Part shown: positions 61,844 to 64,000 of the stretch, in pieces
How positions within the stretch are numbered: the first letter of the stretch is position 1
Layout of the letters: each line of letters starts with the position of its first letter
Origin: Styela clava
Taxonomy: Eukaryota
Length of the DNA: 64,000 nucleotides
Assembly (NCBI RefSeq): GCF_964204865.1
Contig: NC_135255.1
Coordinates: forward strand, 16,058,001-16,122,000
Direction: 5' to 3'
The notes under the pieces: generated by a model
Told to the model about the DNA's origin: nothing
The model's input: only the letters and a program-made list of their open reading frames with translations
Database searches by the model: none
Made by a program: the position numbers and the translations under genes

Positions 61844-64000
61844 TTCTAATCATATTATTAAAACTACAAAATCAAATCAAAATTTTGTTTCTATTTACTA
61901 CATTAACTGACTTCAAATACAACATGAATGATTTCACAAAAACAGGTCAAATTTGTCGTCACACACCAACATAATGATAAAGCACCATTTAACACGATTG
62001 TCCATATAACGGACTAAAGTTTTACCTATATTTAACATTGAACAGAAAAAGCCATATACGTGAGCGAGTTTTTATATTGATTAATTGATAGAGTAGACAC
62101 CCAGTTAAGCTAGGACCACAGTTGAAATTTACAACTGAGAAAAATAAAGACGCAGTTTTAAAATTAGTACTATTAACTGTTTTTGCCAATATAATAAAAT
62201 ACCTTTTAATAGAAAACACGTAATAATAGAAAACTTTGATCACAAATAATGGCGAATATATGTAAAGTAGTATCTAAGTTAGCTCTATGCGCGTTTAAGT
62301 ATAATATTAATCGTTTTAATATCTTGTCTAGAGCTTTGATAATTCAATTTTTTTTTTTTAAATATACTAAAGTACTGAACTATAATACCATATTCAGTCT
62401 CCCTCGTGCGTTGACTCCTCTCAAAATAAAAAGTAATTTTGTTTGATTCATAAGTGAAGTCATAAAATATTTTTTTAAACAAACAACATAAGTTGTTGGG
62501 AGAAAATTTTTACCAACTAAAAATGTTGCAACCTCATTTTGTAAACCTTTTTTACGTTTCTCCTGTGTACAACGTGTGAATTATTTTAGTGACGTCACAG
62601 CTGAGGGATTTGCGTAAAACTGAGGTTGACACCGCATGTGATTACTTTTCTCAAAGAAAATAAATTGCCTCAAGCATAAAAGCTGCAAATAAAATACAAC
62701 TTCAGGTAAATACCTGCATAACAAAATATCGCATCACTGTTTTTAACTCTAGATTTCAGAACTTTACAAAACTCAAGAATTTTGAAATTATCATTTTTTT
62801 TTCTTAAAAATACAAACACAATGTATATTTGACTCATTTCTGGGTGATCAATTTCAGCCGTATTGTTTGAATGACATGAACTGTGAGCTGTGCTTGACTT
62901 TAAAATAATCATGAAATTATTAAAGTTTTGTGTGCGACGCTTTTTTTACGCCTTCCAATTCCATCAAGGCTTTGTACAATCGCCCACATGCTTGAAGCTA
63001 CAATTTTAAGTGAATAGATGGAGTTGGAATTTGGTTATAGATTATTATTTATGATTCATATTTTTTTGATAAGGCAGAAATTATATATTTCCGAACACAA
63101 AATATCGAATACTTTATTTAAGAGATCGGACCACTTTTAGTACAAACACACCATATTGTTCTTTATTTTATTCACTACTGAATCTCTATTATCGGAAGTG
63201 ACAAATAGGAAAGCTAATATTAATGATACATATTGTTGTCTGGACTTTGAGCTTCTGGATTGAAATTACTTATCAATCTCTGTAACGTCACATCCTTTAC
63301 GCAAGTTAGAATTTGAACGTCAGGGTTTTGAGCTCGATCAAACGATGCGTAAGGTGATACATGGCGTGACTGTGATAGGTGCTCATCTACGGTTTTGGAC
63401 TATGAACGCTTATGGCTTTTACTTTCCCGGAAGAGGGTATAGGAGATTTAAATCGTCACAAATATATTGAGTTGCGGTTAAACAAATTGAAGTCAAAACT
63501 ACAGAAAAATGTGAATTAGCGCACGAATTATATGTATATTTTCAATTTTATCAACATTACCTTGAAATTCGCAATATACTTTGTTTATTCTTCTAACAGG
63601 TATTTTCAGATGTATAATACAGATAAACCATCGGCTATTTTATAAATTTATCTCTTTTCGATGGAATTTCAACCAATTTTTGGTGCCACTTTGGCACGCG
63701 TGGCTCCCGAATCTGGTTGAAATCCCTACTATAAGGCATAATATGTAAAATAGCCCAGTTTATCACTATCAAACAACTAGAAATGCCTTATAAAATATTT
63801 ACAAATTATATTACGCATGAAACGTATACCAATGTGCACCAGTTCTGAATGAAGACATTCTCATAGAATTCAGTTCCTAACCATAACTAAAATCACTGAG
63901 AAGACACTACTGCTAAGATTGAATACTATGTTGTAGCATCCGATTCTGTTTGTCTCAACATTCAATTTATAAAATAACGTCAAAAACAACGTCACGTGAA

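Noticed and set aside
1-64000. rRNA, tRNA, CRISPR arrays or prokaryote-style defence systems
   Set aside because: None seen. The DNA is spliceosomal-intron eukaryotic sequence, and its repeats are dispersed TIR elements rather than repeat-spacer arrays.

Overview
AT-rich, compact, intron-containing animal genomic DNA. The chordate-like orthologues, short introns and dense MITE load fit an invertebrate chordate such as an ascidian (inference only). Left to right: last three coding exons of EMC2 (+); complete 5-exon WASHC3/CCDC53 (-) head-to-head with a complete 19-exon ARID2 (+, 1650 aa) across a CpG-rich promoter; a near full-length CR1/L2-group LINE (ORF1 plus APE-RT ORF2 with an in-frame TGA and a nested TTAA piggyBac-type MITE); intronless ISY1 (+); a 2-exon SAM-only SAMD15-like gene (-) with an X-box; an intronless CEPT1/CHPT1-like gene (-) with two substitutions in the CDP-alcohol phosphotransferase motif, facing a degraded inverted copy (+); and a 6-exon orphan type I membrane protein (-) with signal peptide, CUB-like domain, Thr-rich stalk, TM helix and Tyr-motif tail. 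About 13 kb (51-64 kb) has no recognisable gene. Non-autonomous transposons could be delimited by TIR/TSD: hAT, piggyBac, Tc1/mariner, Merlin-like and Helentron/HINE-like. No rRNA, tRNA or CRISPR was seen. All exon models were built by hand from GT-AG sites and frame continuity, and homologies come from recalled protein families, not a database search. I found no clear-cut new multi-gene system. The best leads are the motif-altered CEPT paralogue, the CUB-mucin-ITIM-like receptor, and an ARID2 lacking its C2H2 fingers but carrying a 13x heptad array.
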